Shown in pieces: positions 37,690 to 52,293 of a DNA stretch of 64,000 nt. The notes below the pieces were generated by a model. That model worked only from the letters and a program-made list of their open reading frames with translations, did no database searches and was not told the origin of the DNA. Made by a program: the position numbers and the translations under genes. This stretch comes from Mobula hypostoma. Taxonomy: Eukaryota. Within the stretch, counting starts at the first letter, position 1. Every line of letters starts with the position of its first letter. Location: positions 185,444,001-185,508,000 of the forward strand of contig NC_086097.1 of assembly GCF_963921235.1 (NCBI RefSeq). Reading direction: 5' to 3'.

Positions 37690-39080
37690 ACTCTAAACAT
37701 AAACCAGGAAGTTATAGGCTGGTGAGATTAATGGCAGTAGTGGGAAAGTTATTGGAAATATTAAGGGACCAGAGATATGAGTATTAGTACAGGCAGGGTC
37801 TGATTAGGGATACTCGATGTGGCTTTGTGCATGGTAAGATGTGTCTAACCCAATCTTACAGTTTTTTTAAGGAAGTTGCCAGGAAAGTTGAAGGCATGGT
37901 GGTGGATGCTGTCTACGTTGATTTTAGCAAGGCATTTGACAAGGTCCCACATGGGAGGTTCATCAGGAAGGGTCAGTCACTTGGCATTTAAGATGAGGTA
38001 GTAAACTGGATAAGACATGGCTTTGTGGGAGAAGCCAGAGAGTGGCAGTAGATGATTGCCTCTCCAACTGGAGACCTGTGACTAATGGAATGCCACAGGG
38101 ATCAGTGCTGGGTCCATTGCTGTTTGTCATCTATGTCAATGATCTGGATGATAATGTGGTTAATTATATCAGTAAAATTTGCAGATGACACCAGGATTGG
38201 GGTTATATTGGAAACAAGGAAGACTATCAGAGCTTGCAGCAGGATCTGGACCAGATGAAAAAATGGGCTGAAAATGGCAGATGAAATTTAATGCATAATA
38301 GTAAGAGGTGCTGTACTTCAGTAGGACCAACCAGAGTAGGTCTTACACAGTGAACGGTAGGGCACTGAGGAGCGTAGTAGAACAAAGGGATCTGGGAATA
38401 AAGGTCCATAATTCATTGAATGTGGCAGAACAGGTAGAGAGGGTTATAAAGAAAGATTTTGACACATTGGCCTTCATACTTCATACTGAGTACAGGAGAT
38501 GGGAGCTTATGCTGAAGTTGTACGAGACATTGGTGAGGCCTAATTTGGAGTATTGTGTGCAGTTTTAGTCACCTACTTACAGGGAAGATGCAAAATAAGG
38601 TGAAAGGGTTCAGAGAAAATTTACAAGAATGTTGCTGGGACTGGAGGACTTGAGTCATAAGGAAAGACTGAATAGCTTCGGACTTTATTTCTTGGAACGT
38701 AGAAGATTGAGAGGAGATTTGATAGAGGTACACAAAATTGTGATGCATACAGATAGGGCAAATGCAAGCAGCCTTTTTTCATTGAGGTTGGGTGAGACTA
38801 CAACTAGAGATCATGGGTAAAGGGTGAAAAGTGTAAGGTGAACATGAGGGGAAACCTCTTCACTCCGAGGGTTGTGAGAGTGTGGAATGAGCTGCCAGTG
38901 CAAGTGGTCCATGCAAGCTTGATTTCAACATTTAAGAAAGTTTGGATAGTTACATTGATAGTAGGGGTATAGATAGCTATGGTCTGGGTGCAGGTTGATG
39001 GGAATAGGCAATTTATTTAGTTTGGCATGAACTAGATGGGCTGAAGGGCCTGCTTCTGTGCTGTACTTTTTTATGACATG
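37690..39080 (+). mobile_element. Decayed CR1 LINE (RT to 3' UTR)
   Basis: DFSKAFDKVPHGR, GMPQGSVLGPLLF, FADD, LVRPNLEYCVQF, CR1-type 3' UTR. Confidence 0.88.
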
Positions 39081-40619
39081 TAATTCTATTTTAACTTATC
39101 CTCTGCCATTTATTTCTCACTCCATTAATCTGTTTTAACACGATGCTTTCCCTTCATTCACATTGGTGCCAGAAATCATTGCCCTAGTACACCTTTACTA
39201 GATCAGCAGTAAACTGAGTTGAAATGTGCAAGAGAAAGTCAAGTAACAGAAGATGCACTGAGCTGCCCTACTCAAGCAAGATTTAGCCCAAGGCTTCAGA
39301 CTAGTTTTATTCCTATGCCCCAAGGTTGACAATGAACTCATTACTGGTGCATTGAAATGCAATGCTCAGCAGCTGACAGCAAGTAGTAACAGTTAATGAA
39401 TTTGTACAGGGAGGTTTTTTATTTGCACAAGAAATCACTTTCCAGTATCTTAGCATCCTTCACAAAAGGCCTTGTAGAGACAGAAGTGTTGTAAAACCAG
39501 CAGTGGTTCAGCATTGTGCAGGAGACTGCAAGCCTGCTCAGATTAAGAAATATTGGAACCATCCTAAAGCAAATCAAGAACAGCAGCAGATGAATCAATT
39601 CTTAAATTCATTTCATGATCAATTAACTCATGATATTTCAGGTTACTCTCTAAAATTACAATCAAATCTTTTGAATTGGATATTTGAACACGACAATATA
39701 GAAGCCAATGTAAATCATTCGACCTCTTGTGCTACACAGTAAGGTCATGGTTTATCACTCATTCCAACACCATTTTACTCCTCTATCTCCATATACCTTC
39801 ACTCCCATAGCATCTGTAGAAACATTTCACTATGTTTGGTTTAAACTGAGAAAATATCCTTGTTGTCATTCTGAAGATGGCACTCAGAGGCAAAAATAAC
39901 TTGCTTCCTCTGTGTAATTCCATGAAATGTATTTTCTTGCCATCCCAATGCCAGCTGGTTTCTTTCCCTGTGCATCTATTGGCCTCGCTCAGACACAGGT
40001 CGATCTTAGGGATCACATGTAGGAATGAGGGATTTGCACTAGGACATCAAAGGAGAGTAGGTATATAAATTGAAGAGAACCTACCTGTTCAGAGAAGGTC
40101 TAAAACTGCACTGATGAGGCACCCAATAAGAAGTGTTCTTTAGAACCACATGGACTAATTTCTGTTCATAATACTCGAAGTCAGGCTCGAACAAGAATTA
40201 TGCTGATCCAAGTGCACAGTTCATCAGTGGACTCATATTCCCACAGGCACCAATGGGGCTCTTAGTTCCCATTTCTCTTGAAACGGGTGCTGTCTGATCT
40301 GCTTCATGCAACTTCTATTTTTTTCAGATCTCAACTTCTGTAATATTTTTGGCTTTATATCATTTTATGCACGATACTTATTTCAAAATGTAAGGTCTCT
40401 AAAAGCTGTGTTTCACCACTCTGTTTTCTGTGTGCAGATTAACTACCAATGATTTTGAGTAATTCATATTACTCTAATCAGTCCATAAGAATCACAATTT
40501 TGTAAAATTCAACCAGAAGCGTCAATGGCACGAATACTCAGACACTTATCATGAACCAAATGCTGTGGTTTTTCATCCAATAATCATTTGAAGCATTAAC
40601 TATTGTAATTAGTTCAGTC

Positions 40620-41475
40620 ATAATGATAGAACTCAAAACAGGCTTTTCAGCCCAATTTGTCCATTCTAACCAAGCTGCCTTCCTGAGCTATCCTATTTGC
40701 CATATCCCTCTAAACCCTTCTGATCCATGAACTTGCCTAAATATCGTTTAAGAGCTGTAGTTGTACCTGTTTCTACTATCTCGTCTGGCAAGCTCACTCC
40801 ATATACCCACCGCCCTCTATATGATTAATTTGCCCCTCAGATCTGTTTAAACCTTTCCCCTGTCACCTTAATCGTATGTTCTACAGTTTGTTTCCCCTCT
40901 CCTTCGAAAAGACTGTGACCATCCACCTTATTTTTGCCCCTCATGATGTTATAAAACTCTAAAGTGTCAGGCTGCAGCCTTCTTTGCTCTCAGGAGAAGA
41001 GTTAGAGCCTATTCAGTCTGTTCTTATAACTCAAGCCTCCTAGTCCAGGCAGCATCCGCGTCAATCTTTTCTACACTCTCTCTAGCTTGAACAATCCTTC
41101 CTGTAGTCTGCAGACTAGAAGTGCACCCAATTCTCTGAGAGAGGTTAGGAGAGCCACATTATCCAGTAATGTGGATTCATCATCATCCAGTAAAACTGTA
41201 ATATGTCCCAGCTCTGATACACAATGCCCAAATCAATGAAGGCAAGCATTCTGTTTCCCATTTTACCACTCTATCTATCCATGTCGCTACTTTCAAGGAA
41301 CTATGTATTGTACTCCCCAGTCTGTATTCTACTATACTGCCCTGAGCCCTCTCATCTACTGTCTAAGTCCTGCCTTAGTTTAACTTCCTAAAATACATCA
41401 CATCATAAGTTCCATCTGCCATTCCATTGCTCACTCTCCCAGCTGAACCACATCTTATTGTAACCTTAAACATCC
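40620..41475 (-). mobile_element. Old decayed CR1 3' fragment
   Basis: Colinear with the CR1 at 54431-55606. Confidence 0.6.
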
Positions 41476-42817
41476 TTGCTATGGAGTTCCTCCAGTATGT
41501 TGTCGTGCTGCCTTGGAAATCTTCCTTTGCTAGACACTTTTCTGCTTTTTCTGATTTAGGAAGTCTTTTTTAGCAACTCACAGATAATTATATTTTCATA
41601 GCAATCCATTCATTTCAAAACATGTAATTTGAAGGGTTGAGCAGGTCTGGATTTGTCTTTAAGGAATGGAAAAACTGGTATTTTGGAAGTACTCATCATA
41701 ATTCATCCAGATTTAAGATGGTTACGAAAAGTAGTAATATTTCTAAACTGAGGTAATGCTGGTTTAACCAGGCTTAACAAAAATGCGATAGAAACTGCTA
41801 CTTGAAGTTTAATCAATGTCCGTGCAATGGGAAGCATTCAAATTGTGAGAATGAGAGTTTAAATTAACTATGCTTCACTAAGAGAGAAAGGGATCCTCTC
41901 AAATCTAGTCTCTCTTTGTGGTATGGTCTATTCAGGATAGACAAACAGGCAATAAATCAAAGCTGATAACAGATATCAAGAACTCAATACTATAGAATGC
42001 CCAGAGAAACTGAAAAGAAAATTGGGAGAAATGAGGGTCATGAAACATGTTCATGTGAATGGAAATAGAATAACAAAGGAAACAGCAAATCAGACTGGCG
42101 ATCAATACAGGAGCCTATGCATTAAAGTCAATGAATACTTTGAAGTAGACATTGACATTAGGATTGGGATTAGGAACTAATGTAAATGGGAGAGAGGGAG
42201 AAAGAAAGTGAGAGAGACTTGGCCAACACTTTTCCAAGCTGCTTTAGGTTCAGGTTTCATGCCAAAAAACTATAAAACAGTTAATGTAATGCCTTTTCTT
42301 AGAAAAATAGATGATAAACTAAGCAATTACTGGACAGTCAAGATCAGTGGCAGGCAAATAGTTGGAAAACATTCTGAGGATCTGAATAGATCAGCATTTA
42401 GAGAGGTAGTGATTCATCAGGGATTTAATAGAGAAGGTTGTGTCTGACTAACTTGATTGAATACTTTATGGAAATAAACCCAATGACATCCAAGAGAAAA
42501 TGGGATTGGTATGTGGGGAAAAACTTTTAATGCCCAACTGGAGTTTTAGTGAGTGGAGGGCTATTTTATATGTTTTCTACAGAACTCGGTAATAGTGCTC
42601 TTGCTTCTCACGGGACATATAAATAAGAAGGACTTAAATATAAGGATGTGTTTAAGAATTTTGCTGAATATAACAATGCGAGCAATGCAGTAGATAGTTC
42701 AAGCTGCAGGAAGATGTCATTGACCTTTAATGTAGACTGAAAAATGGTAAATGGAATTCAAATCAGAAAAATAGGGCAAACAAGACAAGGAAATTCACCT
42801 CAGGACCGTGAGAACTA

Positions 42818-43788
42818 CAGTGGCATGCAAAAGTTTGGGCACCCCAGGCAAAATTTCTGTTACTGTGAATAGCTAAACAAGTAAAAGATGAGCTTAACAG
42901 TTGGAAAGGTGTTCTTTTCATGAAATTCTGCACCCTTTTTTCTCCAAACATACCTTTGCTCGTTGTGGCCAAAAAGTTCTGTTTTAGCTTCGTCAGTCCC
43001 CAGGACTTGTTTCCATAATGCATTAGGCTTGTTTAGATGTTCCTTTGCAAACTTCTGACGCTGAATTTTGTGGTGAGGATGCAGGAAAGGTTTTCTTCTG
43101 ATGACTCTTCCATGAAGGTCATATTTGTGTAGGTGTCGCTGCATAGTAGAACAGAGTCTGCTAAATCTTCCTGAAGATCTTTTGCAGTCAAATGGGGGTT
43201 TGACTTGCCTTTCTAGCAATCCTACAAGCAGTTCTCTCAGAAAGTTTTCTTGGTCTTCCAGACCTCAACTTGACCTCCACCATTCTAGTTAACTGCCATT
43301 TCTTAATTACATTACAAACTGAGGAAACAGCTACCTGAAAACACTTTGCTATCTTCTTACAGTCTTCTCCTGCTTAGTGGGCATCACTTATTTTAATTTT
43401 CAGAGTGCTAGGTAGCTGCTGATTGTTGGGACAAGGTTTGAGGAGTCAGGGTATTTATAAAGCTTTGAAATTTGCATCACCTGGCCTTTCCTAACGATGA
43501 CTGTGAACAAGCCGTAGCCCTAACAAGCTAATTAAGGTCTGAGACCTTGGTAAAAGTTATCTGAGGGCTCAAATCTCTTGGAGTGACCAAACTTTTGCAT
43601 GGTGCTCCTTTCCTTTTTTTCACTCTAAAATTGTACAAAACAAAAATAATGTACTAATCTTAAAATGTTGAAAAGAATGTTTCATCTTTAAGTTTATGAC
43701 ATTTGGAGATCAGTTCATCTTTTACTCGCTTAGCTATTCACAGTAACAGAAATTTTGACCGGGGTGCCCAAATTTTTACATTCCACTA
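42818..43788 (-). mobile_element. Internally deleted Tc1/mariner DNA transposon, within an old CR1 (~42170-43900)
   Basis: TA at 42816-42817 and 43789-43790; inverted termini CAGTGGCATGCAAAAGTTTGGGCACCCC over ~75 bp; ORF 42860-43219 LHGRVIRRKPFL..FAKEH..WKQVLGTDEAKTELFG; rest of the DDE domain is missing. Confidence 0.92.
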
Positions 43789-44727
43789 TAAGAGCACTGT
43801 GGAGTCTACATCTAACAGCCTAAGAAGGTAATGAGGCAGCTAGATAAGAATTTTAAGAAGGCCCTTGTCTTTATCTACTAAAGTATGAAATGCTCTCATC
43901 ATAAAAGTTGTGACTTTAAATCATGCAGAGATTTGAAAGCAATGGAGGTGAAAATAGTAAAAAAAAAAGTGTTGGCAGAGAGTTGCTGGGCAAGTTAGAA
44001 TATGAGTTGCAGAATTTAGAATAAGCTCAGGTTTATGGATGCAGATGCTGAAACTCAGCCAGAGTAGCCGAGAAGCAGTTCAGATGAGTCGAGCAGTATT
44101 ACAGAGATGGTATTCAGTGATTTTAGTAACAGAATAGATAGGCAATCAGAAACTCATGACCAGCAAATGGAAAATAAAGTTGAGAATTGTATTAACTCGT
44201 CATAAGCTGCTTAACCAATGCACTTGCCTGTTAGAAGGCAAGATAATCACTGATATCAGGGTTCTGTTCCATTTTTGACTCTTCATATAATGGAGCAGTC
44301 TGACTATGTCAAGCTCTGGATAACTGACAAATGATTTGTTACATTCAGGCCACAGGATAATAAGAGACTGTAAAATTATCTCCTATCTTAATTTAATGAC
44401 AGAACCATTACTTGATTCTACACAACTAATATGCCAAGACTCGCCATTTCCATTTATAGCAGTAATGTGGATGCAAGAGCATTTCAGTGACAATAGTGAA
44501 TTACATGGATAACAGAAGAAATTAGGATTAGAAGTATACTCTACTTGTCCCTCCAAGAGTCCCCCACCATTCAATATGATGATGGCTAATCCACCCAGGC
44601 TTCATTTCCTTCTCTGTGCCAGATCCTCATACCCTCAATCTTTAATCTTTCAAAAATTCATCTATCTCCACTTCAGCTATCTCTGATGAGCTGGTCTCAC
44701 AACTCTGAGCCAGAGAATTCCAGAGAT

Positions 44728-46575
44728 TCAAGTCAAGTCAAGTCGTCAAGTTTACTGTCATTTAACTAATATATATAACCATGTCATGTATATTGAAATG
44801 AGACAACATTTCTCTGAACCAGGGTGTAAAGCACGGTAGTAGACATAACACACACACAACACACAATACCTCATGAAGGTAAGGATAAAATCTACAGATG
44901 AATCACACAAAAACAAGAAGCTAAAGTGCATAAATAATAAATATTGTAAGGTACAGAACAGATTAACCAGTGAAACGTTGAATACAATGCGGCCAGGAGT
45001 TTAGAAGCCTAATGGCCTGGGGGACAAAACTGTTTCTCATCCTGACTGTTCTTGTTTTTATGTATCGTAGTCTCCTGCCTGATGGTAGAAAGTCAAAGTG
45101 GATGGTGGGATCCTTAATAATACAAAGGGCCCTGCGTTTGCAGTGCTCCTGATAATTGTCCCCAATGGATGGTAGGGAGACTTCTATGCTCCTCTCAGCT
45201 GTTCTCGCAGTCCTTTGTAGGGATTTCTGGTCCGTTGCTCAATTGCTCCCCTACCAGATGGAGATGCAATTTGTCAGGACACTCTCAATGGTGCTCCTGT
45301 AAAACACAATTAAGATGGGGGTGAAGGGAGCCTGGCTTGCCTCAATCTTCTTAGGCAGCACACGCGGCCACTCCAGAGATGAATATTTGCTATTTGTCAA
45401 GTAGGATGCCATGTACAATTCTGATTTGATGGAGACAGACGTGAAAACATAGAGGAACATCTGAAATGCCTGTTTCACTGCCACTGCTACTGTGTGACCC
45501 GAAATCTCCGGAGGGGAAGGCCCCGAGTCCTCAGCTTTGCTTGTTGCTGGGGTGGGGTCGAAGCGCTCGGCAGAGATGGTTCTCAGTGCTCAGTGTCGGA
45601 GGGCTGGTCGGAGGCTCGAAGCTTTCGGATGGACTCAGAGTCGGACTCTGTTCGTGTGCTTCCAGGTTGCTGCATCGGCAAGTTTGCGGCGCTGGAGGCT
45701 CATGGCAGGGAGAGTTTCTCCCTTCTACCGTCTGCATGAGACGTTGGGGCTATCGGGACTTTGAGACTTTTTTTTACCATGCCCATGGTCTGCTCTTCAT
45801 CAAATTACGGTATTGCTTTGCACTGTTGTAACTATATGTTATAATTATGTGGTTTTTGTCAGTTTTAGTCTTGGTCTGTCCTGTGTTTCTGTGATATCAT
45901 ACTGGAGGAACATTGTATCATTTTTTAATGCATACATTTCTAAATGACAATAAATGAGGACTGAGTGTCCCCATAATCTAATCTAATCTTAAAAAAAAAA
46001 GTGGATTTGCTGCTGTGCCACCTTGTTCAGGGAGGTGATATTAAGGGACCAGGTGAGGTCATCCGTGATGTGAACTCCCAGGAACTTGGTGCACTTAACT
46101 CTCTCTATGGAGGAGCCATGTACTCAGAGGGGGATGGTTTGTCTGCACCTTCCTGAAGTCCACAATGATTTCCTTTGTCTTCTCCACGTAAAGGCTCAGG
46201 TTGTTCTTCTCACACCAATCCACCAGTCGCTCCACTTCCTCTCTATACTCCGTCTCATCATCATTCTTAATAAGGCCAACTGCTGTTGTGTCATCTGCAA
46301 GCTTGGTGACACGGTTTGAGCTGTATCCTGCGACACAGTCATGCATCAGCAGTGTGAACAGCAGTGGGCTGAGCACACAGTTTTGGGGAGCGCCAGTGAT
46401 CAGCATAATGGGACAAGAGATGTTGCTGCCCACATGACCTGACTGTGGCCTTACTGTTAAAATGTCCAGTATCCAATTACAGAGAGTGGTGTTGAGACCC
46501 CGTGAGGACAGTTTCCCCACCACTTACTGGGGTAAGATGGTGTTGAGCGCCAAATTGAAGTCTATAAACAACACT
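44728..46575 (-). mobile_element. Rex1/Babar-type LINE inserted in an old CR1 (~44505-46930) and interrupted by a non-autonomous retroposon
   Basis: ORF 46095-46523 GAPQNCVLSPLLF..KLADD..NNLSLYVEKTKEIIVDFRK; (CTTGA)n tail at ~44728-44750. Confidence 0.85.
45355..45989 (+). mobile_element. Non-coding, non-autonomous retroposon, copy 2
   Basis: Homologous to 25899-26580; AATAAA, stem-loop, (TAATC)n tail, then A10. Confidence 0.8.
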
Positions 46576-47749
46576 TTCACTCTCTATACAGTGGACAGCT
46601 CTCTCTGTCAGAAGTTATTTCTATGTAGCACTTTTAAATGACTAGCCCCTTATATTGAAACTAGGCCTCTTCATTCAAGATTCTTCCATTCATGAAAGTA
46701 TCCCAATATCTACTCTGTCATGCCGGCTAAGGATCTTGTATTTCACTAAGATCACCTTCATTCTTATAGGGTCCAAAGAATTCATGTCTCTCTTGAAAAT
46801 CAATCCTCTCATCCTAAGACTTAGCCGAATGAATATTTTTGGATTGCCTTCAATGTTGTGGTATCCTGTGAAATGAAAGCTGTACGATGTACCCCAGGTG
46901 TAGCCTTACCAAGAAACTCTGTACATTTACGTGGCTTTTATTGCACTTAAGATAATCTGAATGATTGGTACTCATTCTTGTCCTAATCATGGGCACAAAT
47001 TGTTGGCCTGGCCTTTGACAACCACATTGTGTGTATAAATAAAGATGAAAGCCTACCTAAACAATGCATAAATTTCTTCCAAAACCAAGAGGGATTTGAA
47101 ACTTGGGAGAAAAATTCATCTACAGTTGCTAGAATTAATTGTATGTGCATATCTGACAGCTGGTTTCATTGACCTTCTTCTCTCCTAGTCAATTAAATTG
47201 CAGTAGCATATTTAGGAAGATTTAATTTTGGATTTCAGTTAACTTTCATGAAAATAAATATTACATCAGAAGTTCACAAGTGATTGATACCATAGCATCA
47301 TTTACAATTAATTTTGAGTACTATTTTTGTTTCCAAATTTAAAAGATACGATAAACAGTTTCCATAATTGTCCCAAGATGTTTTACTTCATGCAGCCTCT
47401 GATGCATTGTAAGGGTTCGGAAGAGAGGTATTTTCAGAATGTCGGGAGTATGTAGTAATGTCTGTGACAATGATAGAGTGCTCTACCTATGCATGCTCTT
47501 CATTTAAACTTCAAAATGAAGGGAAACTTACACAGAATTTGCATTCTGGCAACATTCACCAAGGGATGAGTGACCACATTGGGAAGACTGTGTCAGTTAT
47601 ATGTCTAAGTAAGGAAGTATTTTTCAACATCTAACATTTAACACTATTTTAAAATGGTGAAAATTTCAGTGTCAGTCTGGTGGTAATTGGTCATGCACAT
47701 AACATTACCAAACACATAACCAGCAAACCTGGCCTGGACTACGACAAGG

Positions 47750-48500
47750 ATGGGCAAAGAAGAGGCAGATGGAATATAGTGTAGGGAAGAGTATGGCCAT
47801 GCGCTTTAGCGGAAGCAATAAAGGCATTGACTATTTTGTGACTGGCGAGAAGATTCAAAAATCAAAGGTGCAGAGGGACTTGGGAGTCCTCGTGCTGGAT
47901 TCCCTAAAGGTTGATCTGCAGGTTGAGCCATTGTTATTGAAGGCAAATGCAATGTTAGCATTCATTTAGTGAGGGCTAGAATACTAAAGCAAGGATGTAA
48001 TGCCAAGGCTTTATAAGGCATTGGTCTGACCACACTTGGATTATTGTGAGAAGTTTTGGGCCCCTTATCTATGAAAAGTTGTGCTGGCTTTGGAAAGGGT
48101 CCAGAGGAGGTTCAAAAGAATTATTTCAGGAATGAAGGGGTTAAGATATGAGGAGTATTTGATAGCTCTGGGCCTTTACTCACTTTTAGTTTAGAAGAAG
48201 GGGGGAGATCTTGTTGCAACCTATCAAATATTGAAAAGTCTGGATAAAGTGGACGTGGAGAGGATGTTTCCTACAGTGAAGAACTCGAAGAGCAGAGGGC
48301 ACAGCCTCAGAATTGGTGGATGTCCTTTAGAACAGAGATGGGGAAAAACATTCTTTAGTCAGAGGGTGGCGAACCTATAAAATTCATTGCCACAGCCAAG
48401 TCATTGGGTATCATTAAGGCAGAGTTTGATAGGTTCTTTGTTAATCAGGGCCTCAAAGGTTGCTGGGAGAAGGCAGGAGAATGGGGCTGAGAGGGCTGAT
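47750..48500 (+). mobile_element. Decayed CR1 3' fragment
   Basis: QRDLGVLVLDSLKV..KANAMLAFI and CR1-type 3' UTR. Confidence 0.82.
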
Positions 48501-48502
48501 AA

Positions 48503-49120
48503 CTTCAATTTAATTTCGAGTGATGATCACCTGTTGCCTGCCCTTGTCCAACCACAATGGCACCATGATCAATAAAGCTCACCAAAACCTCTGCTTCCTC
48601 AGGACGCTGAAGTAATTTGGGATGTCCCCTTTGGCACTCATCAATGCACCATAAAATGCATCCTCTCTGTATGCATCTTGGCTTGGAAGAGTAACTGCTC
48701 TGCCAGGGACCTGTGAACACAACTCAACACATCACAGAAGCCAGCCTCCCCTCAATGGACTCTGCCTATACTTCACATGGCCTCAGTAAAGCAGCCAATT
48801 TAATCAAGGATACTCCCACCTTGGACATACTTTCGGGCTGAAGATACAAACAACTGAAAGCACATACAACCTGGCTTTTCTACCATTATTATAAGACTAT
48901 TAAATGGTTCCCTAGCATGATAAGATGGACTCTTGACCTCACAATCTACCTCGTTGTCATCTGGTACCTTATTGCCAACTGCACTGCAGTTTTTTTCTGT
49001 CCTGTAAGGCTTTATTCTGCATTCTGTTACTATTTTGCCTTGTACTACCTCAGTACACTGTTGTAATGAATTGAAGTGTATGGACAGCATGCAAGACTAG
49101 GTGTTTACTGTACCTCAGTA
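48503..49120 (+). mobile_element. Decayed Rex1/Babar-type 3' fragment
   Basis: ..KAHQNLCFLRTLK..-like frame and TGTACCTC-containing 3' UTR. Confidence 0.6.
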
Positions 49121-49850
49121 CGTAGGTCTTACACAGTGAACAGTAGGGCACTGAAGAGTGTGGTAAAACAAAGAGATCTGGGAATACAGATCCAGGTAGA
49201 TAGGGTCATAATGAAAGCTCTTGGTTCATTGGCCTTCATAAATCAATGTATTGAGTACAGGAGATGGGATATTATGTTGAAATTGTATAAGACATTGGTG
49301 AGGCGTAATGTGGAGTATGTGTGCAGTTTTGGTCAGCAACCTACAGGAAAGATGTAAGTAAGGTTGAAAGAGTACACAGAAAATCTACAAGGCTGTTGCC
49401 AGGACTGGAGAACCTGAGTTATAAGGAAAACTTGAATAGCTTAGGACCTTATTCCTAGAAATATAGATGATTGAGAGGGGATTTGATAGAGGTATACAAG
49501 ATCATGAGAGGTATAGATAGGGTAAATGTAGGCAGGCTTTTTTCCACTGGGGATTAGATGAGACTACAACTAGAGGCCATGGCTTAAGGGTGAAAGGTGA
49601 AAAGTTTAAAGGGAACATGAAGGGAAACTTCTTCACTCAAAGGGTCATGAAAGTGTGGAATGGGATCCCAGCGCAAGTGGTGCATGCAAACTCGATATCA
49701 ACTTTTAAGAGAAGTTTGGATAGGTATATGGATGTTAGGGGTATAGAGGGCTATGGTCATAATGCAGGTTGATGGGAGAAGGCAGTTTAGATGGTTTGGC
49801 ATGGACTAGATGGGCCAAAAGGCCTGTTCTGAGCTGTACTTTTCTATGAC
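49121..49850 (+). mobile_element. Decayed CR1 3' fragment
   Basis: RSYTVNSRALKSVVKQRDLG and GNFFTQRVMKVWN; homologous to 38335-39080. Confidence 0.85.
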
Positions 49851-52293
49851 TATCAATTTACCATTTGTTATGGACCTGACAGGAGAGAGTGGGTGTAGGG
49901 ATGATCTTCACAACTGTGGAATCAGTACTGTTTTTAAAAATGTAATTTTGGCTCTAGGGGACTTTTGTTGCTTTGCCTCCAACACTGCCTGAAGAATCTT
50001 CAATAGAGCTGGCACAGCACTTAAATTTCTCATGAATTCCTTTACAGGCATACAGTCCTTCGTTTAGATAAACACGAAGCCTGATGCCTTATTAGACAGC
50101 CGAACAAAACAATTTAAATATGTAACAGTGGAGCAGTGGTTCAAATAGCACAAGAGTAATCTTTCTGTTAAATCTGTATCCTTCCCCCAAATAAAAACAA
50201 TTCAACATCTCCCCAAGCAAAAATAAATTTAACTGCTTTAGTAACAATCTAATTCTTAAGCCTTGTAAACTTTCCTGATTTTGTTTTTATCCTGATAGGG
50301 GTTATTTATTTCTTTTCTCAGGAGACAGTGTTTCTTTAGTCATTTGTATGCATAGCAGCAGGGTTGATTTCTTATTCATAGGTGTCCTGTCCTTGCATGT
50401 AAATATGTTCTGCAGCAAAACTGGGCAAAATGATTTCTCCTCTCAGCACAGGTACTCTCTCTTCAGGAGACACTATGTACTGATTCCCTTAATTAGCAGA
50501 TACTGTATACCATACAACCACTTCTTTAACTTGCACCAGCAAGAACCAGTGCAATTTCATTCTTTGATTCATTGCAAACTATGCTTCAAATTCATTCATT
50601 CCTTGTGCAGTGTGGTGAGGAATCTGCCCTGGATCTGTAGATGAGTGCCATTGAACAAAGGGCAGAGAACTCCCACATTTCCAGCTGATGGTACCAGGTA
50701 GTCTGAGAACTACATAAGCCCCATTTAAATGTGGGGAGGCAAGGAAGGTGTGGAAGAAGCTGCCCCTGACCTACAAGTTTGGAGAACAATCTTGACCATG
50801 TGAGATATTAAACTGGAGATTAGGCATTAATGTTCAATTTTCCTGGTTTGCAGCCCAAGGACATATAAATGAGGAAACTAATGAAAGCAATTGCTGCATG
50901 GAGTAAATCCACCTTTAAAAATTTAAATTAATCTGAACAAATAGAAAGCATTAATGGTTTTGAATATGCTCCTGCAATGAAGCTGAATCCATGATGAATC
51001 AGTGTGAATTGGCTTTAAAATTGCTCTATATGTTCAGATTGTATGTGGTATATTATGAGGTTGCTGCGGGGGTTCTTAAGCAATTGTTTATTTCTTATTC
51101 CTCTTATTTATGCTAAATTCCAAAAGTGGGTTGTATGAACGACCATCACAAAGCATAAGATAGCTTGGGGTTTATCTTGAAATGATAGTAGGCCATAAAG
51201 GCAATGTGTGATTGCTAATTTTCTATTCATTCTTACAAAGAATAATAAGTGTTCATTTCCCATTTCGGATTACTAGACTGAGCATCCATTTATTTAAATA
51301 CCACTATTCAAATTGCCAACCAAGTTAAATAGGTACATAAATCAAGCAACAATTCCCCACATTTTATAGCAGTTTCTTGCAAATGGTAAACAAAGAATAT
51401 TAAATGGAGAATTAGTTGAATGTAATTTTTATTTCTAGAGGTTATGGTCAAATTTATAAGCAGAAATAAAACATATATCACTTTCTTTCACATTATGCTT
51501 TCAGTCTGACACTTTGGGTGAAAAAGTCATTAATTGGATTTTTTTAAAAGAGATAAATGTCAGTAATTGATTCGGTAACAAAATGTGTTTGTAGATTTGA
51601 TCTACATACTGTGATGAGAAGAAATCCAAAATATAATTATGTGCATGTTACATAAGTCATCTGGAAATGACTGCATACAGATTATCATTTGATCACTTGA
51701 TGCTTAGAAAATTTTCACGAAAAAAGTGAAGGAAAAGTTCATATAATCTCAATTGTCTTCTAAAATATAAATACATTTCCAGCTCAGTAAATTAGCACCA
51801 TATTACATAATATATCTTTTGTAGCATTCCCTATTATTTCTATTTCCTTTCTGACTCTTTTGTTTTAAACTGATAATTTTGGTATGTTCTGTTGTTCTTA
51901 TGGTTTTCTTGCACGTGTTGGCTGTTTTTATTTTGAACGTGGTTAAAAAGGGTTCATATTAACTGACTACTGCATAGTAGAAAAATTATACTTGGCAATA
52001 AAATGCTTCCAAATTAGATATTCTGAAAGTAAAAAAATATAGTTTCCAGTTTCAGTTGCTGAAGCGGCTTTTAATTATACTTATCATGATAATCTTATTT
52101 ATTTAAACTATAAATAAAGGTGCCATTAAATATTGGTAAAATTGAACACAATTCATCACTTTACCAGCAGGATCTTGCCATAACATAGCATCATGTGGCT
52201 CAGAACAACAAGCTATCAGTTAGCCATTGGGTTTTAAAGCATTTTATAAACAAAAACATTCTTAATCATTTTGATTACAAGTATAGGGACTTC

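Noticed and set aside
39783..40068. Opposing short ORFs in unique sequence
   Set aside because: No homology I can recognise; lengths are as expected by chance.
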